64,000 nucleotides of DNA, from assembly GCF_006345805.1 (NCBI RefSeq), contig NC_042999.1, positions 136,214,001 through 136,278,000 of the forward strand, in the 5' to 3' direction. The stretch's first letter is position 1, and each line of letters begins with the position of its first letter. Positions 36,484 through 50,015 of the stretch are shown here, in pieces. The position numbers and the translations under genes were made by a program. This DNA comes from Octopus sinensis (taxonomy: Eukaryota). Under the pieces are notes generated by a model. It saw only the letters and a program-made list of their open reading frames with translations, made no database searches and was not told the origin of the DNA.

Positions 36484-39400
36484 ACACACACATAACTATG
36501 TACAAAGGCAGCGTATTCTTTAACTGTTTCATTTCACAGATAAATGTTTTCATTGAAGAGAATATAAATATTTTCATCATCTTTACATCAGTGCACACTC
36601 ATACATGTAAAAATACATTTACATATAAACATGCACAAACACACACTTCTAGATAACAGATAAATGCTAACAATTGAAAAAAATATAATGGAAAAATAAA
36701 AAGACTTAATAATGCATAAAATCATAAAAAATAACCCATAAAAGGACACAGAAATAGCAGTTTAATTCTCAATGAAAAGATTTATTTAAAGAATGAGCAG
36801 AATTTGATATTAGATGTAAAATATATCATTAAACTTGTATTAATATGGATATGGGAATGGGAAGATGATAACATAGAGTATGAGAGATATGTGAATTGTA
36901 TAGATCAATATAACACTGTTAGATTTGACAAGAGAATGTAGTTTTATTGATGTAGTTTTACTGGGGGGAAAAAATACTTTCATTTCTGAAGTTGGAAAAT
37001 ATTCTATATTCCACTTCCTTCATAACCCCATAAGTTTAGTTCCATGCTATTCCACAAATGTCTTGTCAATCTCATAAACTTATTTTATCTCAAATGTTTT
37101 GGTTTTTTTTCCCCTGGTTCACTTGACACTGTAGAAGTGGTTCAATAAATTGTTATAATGTAGTTTCAGTATTATTTCAGAAAACTTACTTGAAACACTA
37201 GTTTATTGCAAACCTTTACCTTTGTTCTTATATGTGATGGCAATTTATTAGTCGGAGCTAATGTGTAAAGAAAACAGCCATCTTACTGATAAAATACGAC
37301 TGGCCTCACCTCAACAGTTTAAAGTGATTGCCTTGGTTAGTCTATGCAATGATGTAGAAGCAACCATTAGATCATACAACAGTCTTATAGTATTATAGTT
37401 GAAAATCTACAAACTAGAGTTCTGCTGTATTTTTAGTGAAAGTAAAAGCCACGTAGAAGAATACTTTGTTGAGTAATAAATGTGGTGATCTAATTTATTA
37501 CTTGGTAACTTTTAAACAATGGTATTATTTCTGCAAGAGAGCTTAAACAAAGCTGAGCGATATTTTATAATAACTGCTATGATCAGAATTTCTAGTGAGG
37601 AAGAACATATAAATAATAAATTTCATTTGAAATAGTTCAAAACCAATGACAACCCTGGCTGTGATGATTATAATCAGATGTGCATTACCTTTCCCTATGG
37701 AAAATTCTTTTGGGCCTATCTTTTTGAAAAGTAAGACAAAATCCTAGGAGGGGCCTTCAGGGTCATTGCACTTTCAAGGTAGGCAAACATATGATGAAGA
37801 TGATGATGACAAGGTGGAGGGGAGGAGGAGAGGGGTAGAGAAAAAGGAAAAAGAATGTAGTCATAATATATCTTAAATAATTCATAGTGAGTAGCAACTG
37901 CTTAATTTGCTAATCTATTAGTAGTGTTAGTGAAGGGGTATGGCTTAGTGGTTAGGGTATTTGGCTCATGATTGCAAGATCATGAGTTTGATTCCTGGTG
38001 ACACATTGTGTCCTTGAGCAAGACGCTTTATTTCATGTTGCTTCAGTCAACTCAGTTGGCAAAAATGAGTAGTATCTGTATTTCAAAGGACTGGTCCTGT
38101 CACACTCTGTGTCATGCTGGATCTCCCTGTGAACTACATTAAGGGTACACATGTCTGTGATGTGCTTTGCCAAGAACACAAGGCACTGCCCATTCCAGGA
38201 ATCGATACTATATTGTTGTGCTTTTAGTCCATGTATATATATATAATAGTTACTAATCATTATATACTTGGTGCATATGTAGGTATGTATATATGTGTAT
38301 GTGTGTGTGTGTGTTTGTGTGTGGGCATAATGTTTACATTCTGTGTGATGTTGCAGGACATTGCTTGTGTGTTTGTGTAAAAAAAACAAAAAAAAAAACA
38401 AAAGACAGTGATGTCATGCTCATGTGAATAACACATCCTGTCTCTTTTGTGTTTTACATTGGTGACATCCAATGGAATCCAAAATCAGGTGAGAGCCAGC
38501 AACGAGAAAGGCATATTACCTCAAATATATCTCTGTCCACCCATGCCATTATGGAAAAAAAATAGACATTGTCATCATCATCGTTGTCATTGTTGCTGTT
38601 GTTGTCATCATCAACAACAGCATTTTAATATTCACCATTCCATGTTTGCATAGATCAGAGTTTATTAAGGCAGATTTTTGACTATTGAATGACTTCATGT
38701 AACCAACCGTTACATGCCCAAGGTGTGAGATAAACCTGAAATGATGTGGTTGGAAAGCAAACTTCTTAACTACACAGCAATTCCTGCACCTCATAGAATG
38801 AAACAACAGTCAAATCTCCCTCAAGTCACATCCTACTGTCTTGAGAAGGAAGGACACATCAAATAATGTACTTGTAAATATATGTCTGAACAAAAAGTAT
38901 GAGCTAGTCAAATACAACTGGAACACTAGTAGTGATTGGTTTATTGGCTCTGACTAAGGATTAATTATAAATTAAGAGTGAAAGGTGATTGTAAATGCAG
39001 AACCAGAAGTATCTCAGACTTCTGGATTTTTTCAGTTTTCTGGAGACAGTCTAAATATACTTAAAATATAAAATAAACTATGAAAAGTAAAGAACTAAAT
39101 TGTATTTAACAAATTCAAATTAACACTCTTTTAAAGCAGGGTCAGTTTGGTATTTATGAATTCACTTAAAATTCTTGAAATATATCATACTGTACTAGGA
39201 GGTGCATGGCTTAGTGGTTAGGGTGTTGGACTCATGATTGTAAGATTGTGGTTTCAATTTCTGGACCATGGCATGTATTGTTTTCTTGAGCCAAACACTT
39301 AATTTCAAGTTACTCCAGTCCACTCAGCTGGAAAAAATTACTAATTCTGTGACAGACTAGTGTCCCATCCAGGTGCAGAATATATACGCCAAGGAAACCA

Positions 39401-40129
39401 GGTAACTCGCTCTCATGAATTGACATGACTCCAGAAGATAACTTTACCTTTATGTATACAGTATAATGTTTAGAGGATGAAAATTAAATGAAGTAAAGAA
39501 CATGATTTTATTTAACCAATACAGGTACAAATTAATACAATTCTAATATAGAGTATGTTTAATCTTTATCAATCCATTTAAAAAAGTAGAGAACAAAACT
39601 ATTTTTAACACACTGGATGCAAATCAATGAACTTCAAAATCAGGGTAGATTTACTCAACACAGGGTACAGTATGTTGCATGATATTGCACAGTGTTCCCA
39701 GATATCTGGAAGTCGGCTAAGTGGTCCAGTACTGTATACACATTTTATTTATTGTAAATGTAAGCTGACTAATGGAGGAAATATGTGACTAAGATGAATC
39801 AAACTATAACAAAACACAACTGTTTTGTTGTTCTGGACATTTTCCAGAGATATTCTTTTGTTGTTGTTGCTTTTTCATTCTGAGAATAAAATGAGAATTC
39901 AAAGAAAACTGAAATGTTTTTCTGGAAAAGAAAAGAGTTCACAAGAAACAGATTGTTTTCTTTCTTTAATTTCTTTTTTCTGTAGTTGTATAAACGGATA
40001 GAATTATACTTTAATTATCGATCATCAGATGGTTATCTCACATGTCCAAACATAAGACTTTTTACTTTATCATTGGTAGAACCATTAGCACATTGCACCA
40101 AACGCCTTGCAATATTTGTTCTGGCTGTT

Positions 40130-40835
40130 TACATACGGAGTTCAAATCCCATAGAAAAAGTGAACTTTGTCTTTCATTCCTTTGGAATCAGTGAAATAAA
40201 GTGCCAGTTTAGTACTAGAGTCAACAGTATCAGCACCCTCCCCTCAAAATTGCTAGCCTTGTGCCAAAATTAGAAAGAACTACTACTACTACCACCACCA
40301 CCACCACCACTACTAGAGTAGTGAGCTGGCAGAATGGTCGGCGCATTGGGAAAAATGCTTAGCACCATTTTGTCCCACTTCATGTTTTGAGTTCAAAATT
40401 GATCAAAGTTGACTTTGCCTTTCATCTTTTTTGGAGTTAAATACCAGTTAAGCACTGGGTTTGATGTAATCACTGTTCCTGCCTCTCCTATAAATTTCAG
40501 GCCTTGTACCTATAGTAGAAAAGATTATGCTTATCATTATTAGTTGACGAGCTGACAGAATTGTTAGCATATCAGACAATATGCTTAGTGATATTTCAGC
40601 TGTCTTTATGTTCTGGGTAGTGAGCTTGGCAGAATTGTTAGCATGTTGGGTGGAATGCTTAGCAGTATTTCATCTGCCACTACGATCTGAGTTCAAATTC
40701 CATCAAGGTCGACTTTTCCTTTCATCCTTTCAGGGTCAATAAATTAAGTACCAATTGAGTACTGGGATCAATGTAATTGACTTAACCCCTCCCCGCCAAA
40801 TTTCCGGCTTTTTGCCTATAGTAGAAAGGATTATT
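40130..40835 (+). mobile_element. Cluster of ~4 SINE family B copies/partials
   Basis: Repeated B heads and ...GCCTATAGTAGAAAGGATTATT tails. Confidence 0.8.
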
Positions 40836-41154
40836 ATTGAAGAATTTATTAAAATAAAGTTGTTATTATTAGGTTAGTGTCTGAAATACAAATTAACAAG
40901 AAATTTTGATGGTGGTTTTAATTTAGACCACTTTAAGACAGTGAATTTGTATCAGAGAACCATGGGCAGTTTGAGGCAGGTTGGTATCAAAAGGGTTAAC
41001 TATGTTTCAGATATTTTAATTTAAAGAATACAATCCAGATGAAAAACTAATTTATTTTTCATTTTCAATTTTATGGCATCCAGTTTAAAATAGCAATCAT
41101 CCAGTTGTTAAAGACGAGAAGGAAATACATTTAAAAGCTATTTGGTAGAATACT

Positions 41155-41383
41155 TTAACCCTTTAGCATTTAATCCGGCCATATCCAGCGCAAATTTTCA
41201 ACCTGTATCATGTTAAGAACTGACCAGATCCAACCTCTCACACCTCCCCTGCAATATCATTCTGAAAATGTACAAACACACCATCGAAAGCTTGAAGGAG
41301 CAGGATATTGTGTGATTAATTCAAGACTATGTAAATAAATAAGCAATACATGTAACAAAGAAATCTGAATGTTAAAGGGTTAA
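41155..41383 (+). mobile_element. TTAA-flanked piggyBac-like MITE
   Basis: TTAA-CCCTTTAGCATT ... AATGTTAAAGGG-TTAA. Confidence 0.75.
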
Positions 41384-44114
41384 GGGCTTCAAAAGGATCA
41401 ACATAATCACATGTTTCATTTTATATCCAAAACAAATACATTACAATTACTCTATTAAAGGAAATAATTCCAGGGTTGCACTAGGATAATGTGGGTTTTG
41501 GCTGTGTTGAGCAGTAGCTAAAGTGACCATCCCCTTTCTTAAATGTATTAAATGTAGCATACTTTCAAATGCAACAAACACACATATGTAAAGTGGCCAC
41601 ACTGTGTGCTACCCCACACTATGCTACTGCAGAGTTGTTACTCATAACATGTAGTATATATAATAGTATGTTTTGTCCCTGGGCCAATTATACTACCCAT
41701 CTAATAACCTGAGTCTCAATGCCTATGACTATGTAAAACATTTTTGTACCCATATAACATTCCATAGGGGGGTATACAGATATTTTGAAAATACATGTGA
41801 TGGCCTGTATAGTTATGGTCTGCCCTTTGGTAAGTTATAGCACCCACTCAGCTGCCAGGGATGACAACATCATGGGACTGCAGCATGGCTGATTGTGAAA
41901 AGATAGTGGAAGAGCTCAACTGAGCCAAGAGTGCTTCCTACATTGATCAACTGTCAGGATCACCAAACTCTATCAAGAGAGTAACTGCAATGCATCCATA
42001 GGGTTGGCATCCATGGTTGTATAATCAGCTAATGAAAGATTCACTATGACTCAAGCTCCCAATTCAAATTCATAATAATGGAATTGAATGACGACACAGT
42101 GATCGGAATCCAGGAAAGCAGTGCGACCAAAAAAAAAAAAAAACATTCCACAGAATTTACTAATATATAATTTTTAAATGTCTGCTAATCAACCTCAATA
42201 ATTAGGATGCTAAATGTGTTCATGGCAAGTAAGAAAATTCCATAACTAACTATGGTGACAAATTCAACAAAGAAATACATGACAGAAGTACAGATTACTG
42301 GATAGGTTTTCAAGATCAGTATTGATTTTCAGACTTAGTAATAATCTCTTTGTTTAATTATTTCTTCATAGAACTAGGTCCCTTTGTAGCTTCCTATCAG
42401 CCAATGTTTCCTCCATATTACTAACATAAGTTTAAGTTAAATATTATCCACATATTTCTTACTTAGTTTTCTTTATACCCCAGGATAGGAGGCTTTGAAA
42501 AAGAAAGAAAGGAAGGAAGGAAGAAAGAGACTTTCTCTTCCTAAATCTCACCATAGCTTTGTGTGCTATATCCCTGTCAAGTCACATGACTCTTTCTGTT
42601 CTAGTTTTGCTTGAAAACAAAAGTGGGAGGGAAAAAACTGGCTCCATTACTACTCTACAGTTGAGTGGTTAGCAGTAGGAAAAACATCCATCCAGCTGTA
42701 AAGAAAATTATTCCAACATAAGCCAACTCATCCATGCAAAGCATGGAAAAATGGATGTAAGATACTAAACAACAAACAAACAAAACTAAAAGCAAAAAAC
42801 AAGAAAATAAGCATGTGGGTGGGAAGAGCATTAAAGTAGGATGTTTCAAATCTTCAGTTGAGGCTGTTTTTAAGAATATGTTTATCTGAAAGAAGATTTC
42901 TGATAAGGAAATACATTATCATTGACATATAATATAAAATCTGAGTGAACAAAAGAATTCTTCCTCAAATTCTTGAATATTTGTTGGTTGGAGATAATAT
43001 GTAGTATCATAAAGTTGGGTTACCCGTACCCCACCCAGAAAAATATGGGAGTCAGAAATGATAGTGAATACATATATATATATATATTGGTGAAAGGAGT
43101 GAAAAGGCATTTAATTTATTCACAAGGATAGTCATGTGCTTGACAGTGAGAAGAATAGTTTTTTTCTCCTGTCTAGCAAATTAAACATGGCTGAAACTGA
43201 AGGATTCCTTCCAAAACTTCTAAAACATTCCAAACAAAATCTTCATGCTGATATAGCTTTCCTGTTTCTCAACAGCCATCTTAAAACAGTCTTCACATTC
43301 TAACTGTGAGGATCTTGCTTCCTAGCCACATAGTTTCAGGTTCAGTCCCACTGCAAGGCACCTTGGGCAAGTACCTTCTGCTATAGCCTCAGACCAACCA
43401 AAGCCTTGTGATTGAATCTGGTAGGTGGAAGTTATTGTCATGTGTGTACATGTGTGTGTAAGTGCATGTGACTCCTAACAGAGAGGGGAAAATGCATTCT
43501 TCCTTACAAACTAAAGACAAAGGAAATTACCTGAGAAATTTTAGCAACTAAAGAACTGATACATGTAGTTGTTTTCAGGAGAATTTTGAAAATGGAAAAC
43601 ATTTCTGTGATATTTCTAAACTGTATTTAAGGTAATTTAAAAGATAGCTTGTGTAAGCAAACATCACCTGAATGTGATAAGCAGAGATATAAACAGATAA
43701 AATATCGGAGTTAATATGGCATACAATAGCTTGTATACTTTAGAAATCTCAGTCTAATAGAAATCAATGTTATAAAACAATGATGTTGTTGCCATTATCT
43801 CAAAAGCAATTAATATTTGTACAACATTGGCTATGTTGTCAGATTTATGAGCGGCTTTCTTAATGAAGTGAAGCATGAAAAATTTGCCACAGATGGCCAA
43901 AAAATTTTTGAAACGTAGAAAATTGCCTGAGATGACTAAAACTTTAGGATGTGATATTACCACTAATGTAAATTTTATGTCAATAGATTCAAATGATGTG
44001 AAAGAATTAAGAAATATAAGGATAGCCAAAATATTAACAATAATAATAATAATAATAATATTAATAACAATAATAATAATAATAATAATATAATAATAAT
44101 AATAATAATAATAA

Positions 44115-44669
44115 TGCCCTGATGCAGTACCAGGCAGTGGCTCTCATGGCTTCTGATCTTAACTGATTGGAAGTGTTATCATGTACATTGTTTTGTCTTG
44201 GTATAAAAGATGGGCTACAGCAAATATTCTGCTCAATACCACAGATTTGCTTGTCAGTTGCTTGACCTTAACCAGTTGAGCATGTCCCTTAGTGGCTGAC
44301 GATATGTGCATCTCTGATCACGAGCAGAAGTAGTGGGGGAGCATCATAGCCATATGTTGAGAGGGATTCTTTGGGGTTTGAATAATTCACCTCTGAAAAC
44401 ATGGGTGGTTTTTTCAACATCCTTAAACAATCCTTATTCAGGGACCGTTTGAGCGGGATGGGCTACTCAACCTGAAGAAAATTCTAACTGGGCCCCACCT
44501 GCAAGGTCATGTGCTGTTTATCTTGATATGAGATCACCATGTCGCGCACATATGGTTGTGATGTATGTGCCTGGTGTACCTTTATCAGACGGGTAGTCAT
44601 GATGGGTATATTGGGCTTCGTATATTTTACCCCAGTGTCACTTTGATGGCATGAACTGCTCTCTCACTC

Positions 44670-44700
<31 letters not shown>
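44115..44700 (+). mobile_element. Non-coding (AAT)n-flanked retroposon family F, longest copy
   Basis: Starts GCCCTGATGCAGTACCAGGC after (AAT)n and ends CTGCTCTCTCACTC(AAT)n. 5'-truncated copies at 7875 and 54007 share the 3' end. Confidence 0.8.
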
Positions 44701-44701
<1 letters not shown>

Positions 44702-44915
44702 TTTCAAATTTTGGTAGAAGGTCAGCAATATCAGGGGTGGGGGTAAGTTGATTACATCAACCCAGTGTTTAGCTAGTACTTATTTTATGAACCCCAAAAT
44801 CAATGAAAGGCAAAGTGGAGCTTGGTGGAATTTGAACTCAGAATATAAAGACGAATGAAATGCCACTAAGTATTTTCTCTGGCATGCTAATGATTCTGCC
44901 AGCTTGCTGCCTTTA
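44700..44915 (-). mobile_element. SINE family B
   Basis: Homology to the other B copies, between (AAT)n tracts. Confidence 0.8.
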
Positions 44916-44965
44916 TAATAATGATAATAATAATAATAATAATGATAATAATAATAATAATAATA

Positions 44966-45659
44966 AATGAAAAGAAATATTACAAGTAACTGCAGAATAT
45001 GTGGAGATGGACAAGAAACAATAAATCATATTATCTCTAGCTGCCCAGTCCTGGCTAAGAAGGAATATATTCACAGACATGACAGAGTTGGAACTTACAT
45101 ACATTGGAAGCTATGCCAACATTATGGAATAACAACAGAAAAAAGATGGTATAGGCACACACCAGAAAAGGTCACAGAAAACGAGAAAGCAACCATACTC
45201 TGGGATATGCCGATACACACAGATAGAGAAATTAAGGCCAACAGACCAGATATAGTTGTCAGAGACCATGAAGAAAAAAAATGCTTTCTAATTGATGTAT
45301 CAATACCGGCAGATGACAACGTGTCTCTAAAAGAAATGGAGAAACTCTCAAAATACAAAGACCTGGAAATAGAGGTAACTAGAATGTGGAATCTGAAAAC
45401 AGAAACAATTCCTATTATAGTAGGTGCATTAGGCATGATAAAAAATATTCAGACAAATACATAACAAAAACACCAGGACTTACAAACACATATAACATAC
45501 AGAAAATTGCACTACTAGGCACTGCACACATCCTACGCAGAACACTTTCCATACAATAACCATCAGAGCATCACAACAAATCACAGCACATACCCAAGGC
45601 ACACAGAGCTGCGCTCGATAGTGAAGTGAAAGCACGCTATAAAAATAAAAATAAAACTA

Positions 45660-45662
<3 letters not shown>
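44966..45662 (+). mobile_element. R4/Dong-clade LINE 3' fragment (CCHC knuckle plus restriction-like endonuclease) in (TAA)n
   Basis: CRICGDGQETINHIISSC, RHDRV, LWD, NRPDIVV, LIDVSIP, EKLSKYKDL, PIIVGALG. Frameshift at ~45445, then KIALLGTAHILRRTL. (TAA)n on both sides. Confidence 0.92.
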
Positions 45663-45700
<38 letters not shown>

Positions 45701-47327
45701 TGATGATGGTGATGATGATGATGATAATAAGGATAATTTTTAAAGATTTTTGAAACACTGTGGTGCAAGTATGGTTATAAGCATAAATTTGGCTATGTAG
45801 TAAGAAGTTTATTTCCCAACCACATGGTTCAAAGTTTGAACACACTGCATGACTTGGGAAAGTATTTTCAGCTATTAGCCCCAGGACGACCAAAGCCTTG
45901 TGAATGAATTTGGTAGATGGAAACTGAAACAAGCTCATCATGTGTGTGTGTCTCTCTCTCTCTCTCTCTCTGCATGCACAAATGTGTATTACTGTCTTTT
46001 TGCCTTGCCATTTCAGGATAGTTGGAAATGAATGTCACCATCATGGAAGAAGTGTCCTCCATGTCTGATCATTCATGATGTCTGGCCATGGGGAAATATT
46101 ACCTTACTTATAGACAGGTGATGGGTGTTGATAGGAAGAGGATCTGGCCATAGTAAATCTACCTCAACAAAAATTCTATCTGACCTATGCAAGCATGGAA
46201 AAAGGGAAAGTGTAAAGAGTAAAGACTCCTTTCAGTCATGAATGACCATGGGACCACACGTAGAAAGTTCCCTCTGAAGTACAAGTCCAGACAAAGTTGT
46301 TTATAGAAGACCAGCAGTTGCCTATGCATACCAGCATCCTCTCTCCATGCCACTAATGATGTCCAAAGGAAAGGCAAAGGCTGATACAGCTTGGCACCGG
46401 TGATGTCGCAACTCATTTCTACAGCTCAGTGAACTGGTGCAACATGAAATGTCTTGCTTGAGGACACAACACACAACCCAATCCGGAATTGAACTCACTA
46501 CCTCATGATTGTGAGCCCGAAGTTTTAACTGCTGAGCAGCATGGAAAAGGTGGACATTAAATGATGATGATGATTATGATGATGTTGCCTTCAACATTTA
46601 AAATGGAATGGTTTATAATTTTTGAGAGTGTATTTTGAGTTAACACAGAAATTTTCACCAAAGCTAAACTATGTATCTGAGATAATAGCAGCACCTACAG
46701 CATTGTTTACTCTGCAAGAATTTAAATTATATTTGTCGTATGCTGAGCATTCTAGAGTTTACAATCTCATCCAGTGTTGAATTTGCAGCAATAGCAATTT
46801 GAGTTTACACTTTAGACATAACCAAGTAGTGATAGCATGTACTTACTGCTTTCTAGATTATCTCATTTACACCTTATGTCTTGGATAATATCATATTTGC
46901 AGCTTTTATTTCCATGCTTACCAACAAACCAGGAGCTATACATATGGCTTATATCACATATTTATACAAAGTGGCATCTACTTTATCTAATGAGAATATA
47001 TTCATCCTATATTCAACAATTATTATGCTTTGCAAAAACAAAACAAAAATGCAATACCACTCACATTTCATAGCGACTTACTTTTATTATTTTGAGCCCT
47101 AAAAATACATTTTTCATCTTTTCAGTTGCTGAAGTTATATAGATACAACACATATATATATATATTTATATACATTTATATATATTTATGCACATACATA
47201 CATACATGCATGCATGCCTACAACACATATATGTATATATAGGTATATTTATATATATTTATGCACATACATACATGCATGCATGCATGCATGCATGCAT
47301 ACATACATACATACATACATACATACA

Positions 47328-47358
<31 letters not shown>

Positions 47359-47529
47359 GGAGAGAGAGAGAGAGAATATGTTTGTTTTTATTTTAAATTG
47401 TAATAAAAACAATCTTAAATTAATCTGATGGGTAATACTATTGTAGAATACAAATTTGTTGTTTTGACAATGGCTTAATTGGCTGAAACTTTGAAGTCAC
47501 TGTCACTAACATTTTTGTTTAAGAATATT

Positions 47530-47564
<35 letters not shown>

Positions 47565-48244
47565 TATTTAACATCTGTTGTCTATGCTGGTATGGGCTGG
47601 ATAGTTTGACCAGAGCTGGTAAGCTGGGATTCTTCACCAGACTCTGATCTGATTTGGCATGGTTTCTACAGTTGGATGCCCTTCCTAATGCAAACCACTT
47701 TACAGAGTGTGCTGGATGCTTTTATGTGGCACCACACAGATGCTTTTATGTGGAACTGCATGGGTGCTTTTACATGGCACCACATGGGTGTTTTTATGTG
47801 GCACCACCACAAATGCTTTTCACAACCAGAGGGACTGGTCTTATCATTTCTGCTGTGGAGTCTGGGTCTTCTTGAGTACAGCAACGCACCAGGTATTCTG
47901 GTCCATTGTCATCTCACCTGAAAGCTTCAGCATCCTGAGATCATTCTTCTGTAATTCTTCCCATGTCTTCCTGGGTCTCCCACTTCCATGTGTTCTATAT
48001 TCTTTAAGAGATCGGCACTTCCTTATGGAGCTGTCGGTATCCATCTGTGTCACATGACCATACCAATGTAGTCTTCTCTCTTGCACACAGCAACTAATTC
48101 CCTCTTATGCCTAACTCCTCTCTCAATACACTAGCACTTTGTCAAACATGTACACTTACATTACACATCCAGCAGTGCATACTAGCCTCATTCTTTTTTA
48201 ATCTTCACATGTCCTCTGCATTCCAGTCCCATGTCTTCTCACTA
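47530..48244 (-). mobile_element. Older RTE LINE 3' fragment (ORF end plus 3' UTR plus (GAT)n)
   Basis: LREELGIRGI..VQERRLHWYGHV...GRPRKTW, then a UTR with short CAC(A/G)TAAAAGCACC-type repeats and a tail homologous to 6540-6705. Confidence 0.88.
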
Positions 48245-48256
48245 CATATATGTATA

Positions 48257-48710
48257 TCATCATCATCATCATCATCATTTAACGTCCGCTTTCCATGCTA
48301 GCATGGGTTGGACGGTTCAACTGGGGTCTGGGGAGCCCGAAAGTTGCACCAGTCCAGTCAGATCTGGCAGTGTTTCTACAGCTGGATGCCCTTCCTAACG
48401 CCAACCACTCCGAGAGTGTAGTGGGTGATTTTATGTGCCAACGACACAGGTGCCAGACGAGGCTGGCAAACGGCCACGCTCGGATGGTGTTTTTTATGTG
48501 CCACCGACACAGGTGCCAGACGAGGCTGGCAGACGGCCACGCTCGGATGTGTGTTTTTAGTGCCACCGACAGGTGCCAGATGAGGCTGGCAAACGGCCAC
48601 ATCGGATGGTGTTTGTTACGTGCCCACAGCACAGAGGCCAGTCGATGCGGTACTGGCTACGGCCACGTTCGGATGGTTTTCTTGTGTGCCACGTGCCACC
48701 GGCACTGGTA
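48257..48710 (-). mobile_element. Younger RTE 3'-tail insertion with 4-5 ~60-bp UTR units
   Basis: Reverse complement of the 6070-6705 type sequence. Confidence 0.88.
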
Positions 48711-48749
48711 CCACAAAGATACAAATTCCATTGATGTTCATATATTATA

Positions 48750-49090
48750 TGGGCTCTTAGGAGCATAGTTCGATTTGGTTTTTGCTCCGCCTCGTTCTGT
48801 TTTTGTTTCTTAACGGATTTCCTTTTTTCTTCCTGAAGAGAAAGACACAATATGGTCCATTATTCGATCGGATTTTGGTAATTTGTGCCTTTCGAAACAC
48901 GTGTAGAATGAATAAAACGATTTTGTTCAATCTGCGTTCAGCCCATTTCCTCAATCACCAATAATGTTTTAATTTCAATTATCCGCACCAACGCCGGTTG
49001 CAACGCCAGATGGTTTGTACCTCCAACCGTGCTGTTTACAGCTGTGATTTTTGCTACTAAGGTATCGGTTAACTTTTGATTAATCTACAA
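48750..49090. promoter_or_regulatory. Unique CpG-rich segment, possible promoter/first exon
   Basis: CpGs are visibly retained (TTCGATCGG, CCGCACCAACGCCGGTTGCAACGCC) in otherwise CpG-poor DNA, and there is no match to other repeats in the window. Function is inferred. Confidence 0.3.
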
Positions 49091-49139
49091 CAAATTATTC
49101 ATCTTTCTATTTCACATATATATATATATATATATATAT

Positions 49140-49414
49140 AAATATATTTGCTAATTCATGGAACACAGAGTTAATTCTTTTATATATATATATATAAGGA
49201 ATTTCTACTCTCTGATATATATATATATAATATATATATTCAGAGAGTAGAAATTCCTTATATATATATATAAAAGGAATTTCAACTCTCTGATATATAT
49301 ATATATATATATTATATATATAATATATATATATATATTATCAAGAGTAGAATTCCTTATTATATATATAAAAGGATTTTCAACTCTGTGTTCCATGAAT
49401 TAGCAAATATATTT
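49140..49414. repeat. Nested AT-rich foldback
   Basis: Perfect 33-bp outer inverted repeat (49140-49172/49382-49414) and a perfect 25-bp inner one (49191-49215/49240-49264). Confidence 0.9.
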
Positions 49415-50015
49415 AGCTTGTCCAACAGTCATACTTGGCGAATTAAGAAAATCCCACCTGATTCCAGTATAAATGAATGTAGAATTCAATGTCAATCATT
49501 CTTCTTTCAGTTAGATTGAGGTAAAACTCATTCTGAAGAACGCTGAAGTTTATGTAATCATATGGATGAGAGTTCTAATTCAGTACATCCATATGCTTTC
49601 TTCGGAAAACTAATGACCTACTTGTCAGCAAATCTTGATCTCCATCCACAACATACAAGAAGACCAAACAATTTGAAAGTCTCAACAACAGCTACCGGAT
49701 ATTGATAAAGCTGATTACAACATTTTCTTTCCATGCTGACATTTTAGGATGTGTCTAATTGTTTCCTCCTCTTTTCTTCTTCAATTCTCCCTCCCACCAC
49801 CACCACCACCACTACCACTACCACACGCCGCCTCATGTAATATTCAATCAATGTCTCACCATTTCTCATCACTTTATTCCAATTCTGTCTTCACCATCTG
49901 ATTCTTCATCCAAGATAATAAGTAGTTCTATACTAAAACTTGTGTCAATCTTCTGCCTCAACGTATAGAAACAACACCTGTTAATACCTAACTGCTTCTT
50001 CAGGTTATCGGCACC

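Noticed and set aside
43754-44093. Overlapping 91-aa (minus) and 72-aa (plus) ORFs in unique AT-rich DNA
   Set aside because: No recognisable motif or convincing splice boundaries, and the length is compatible with chance.
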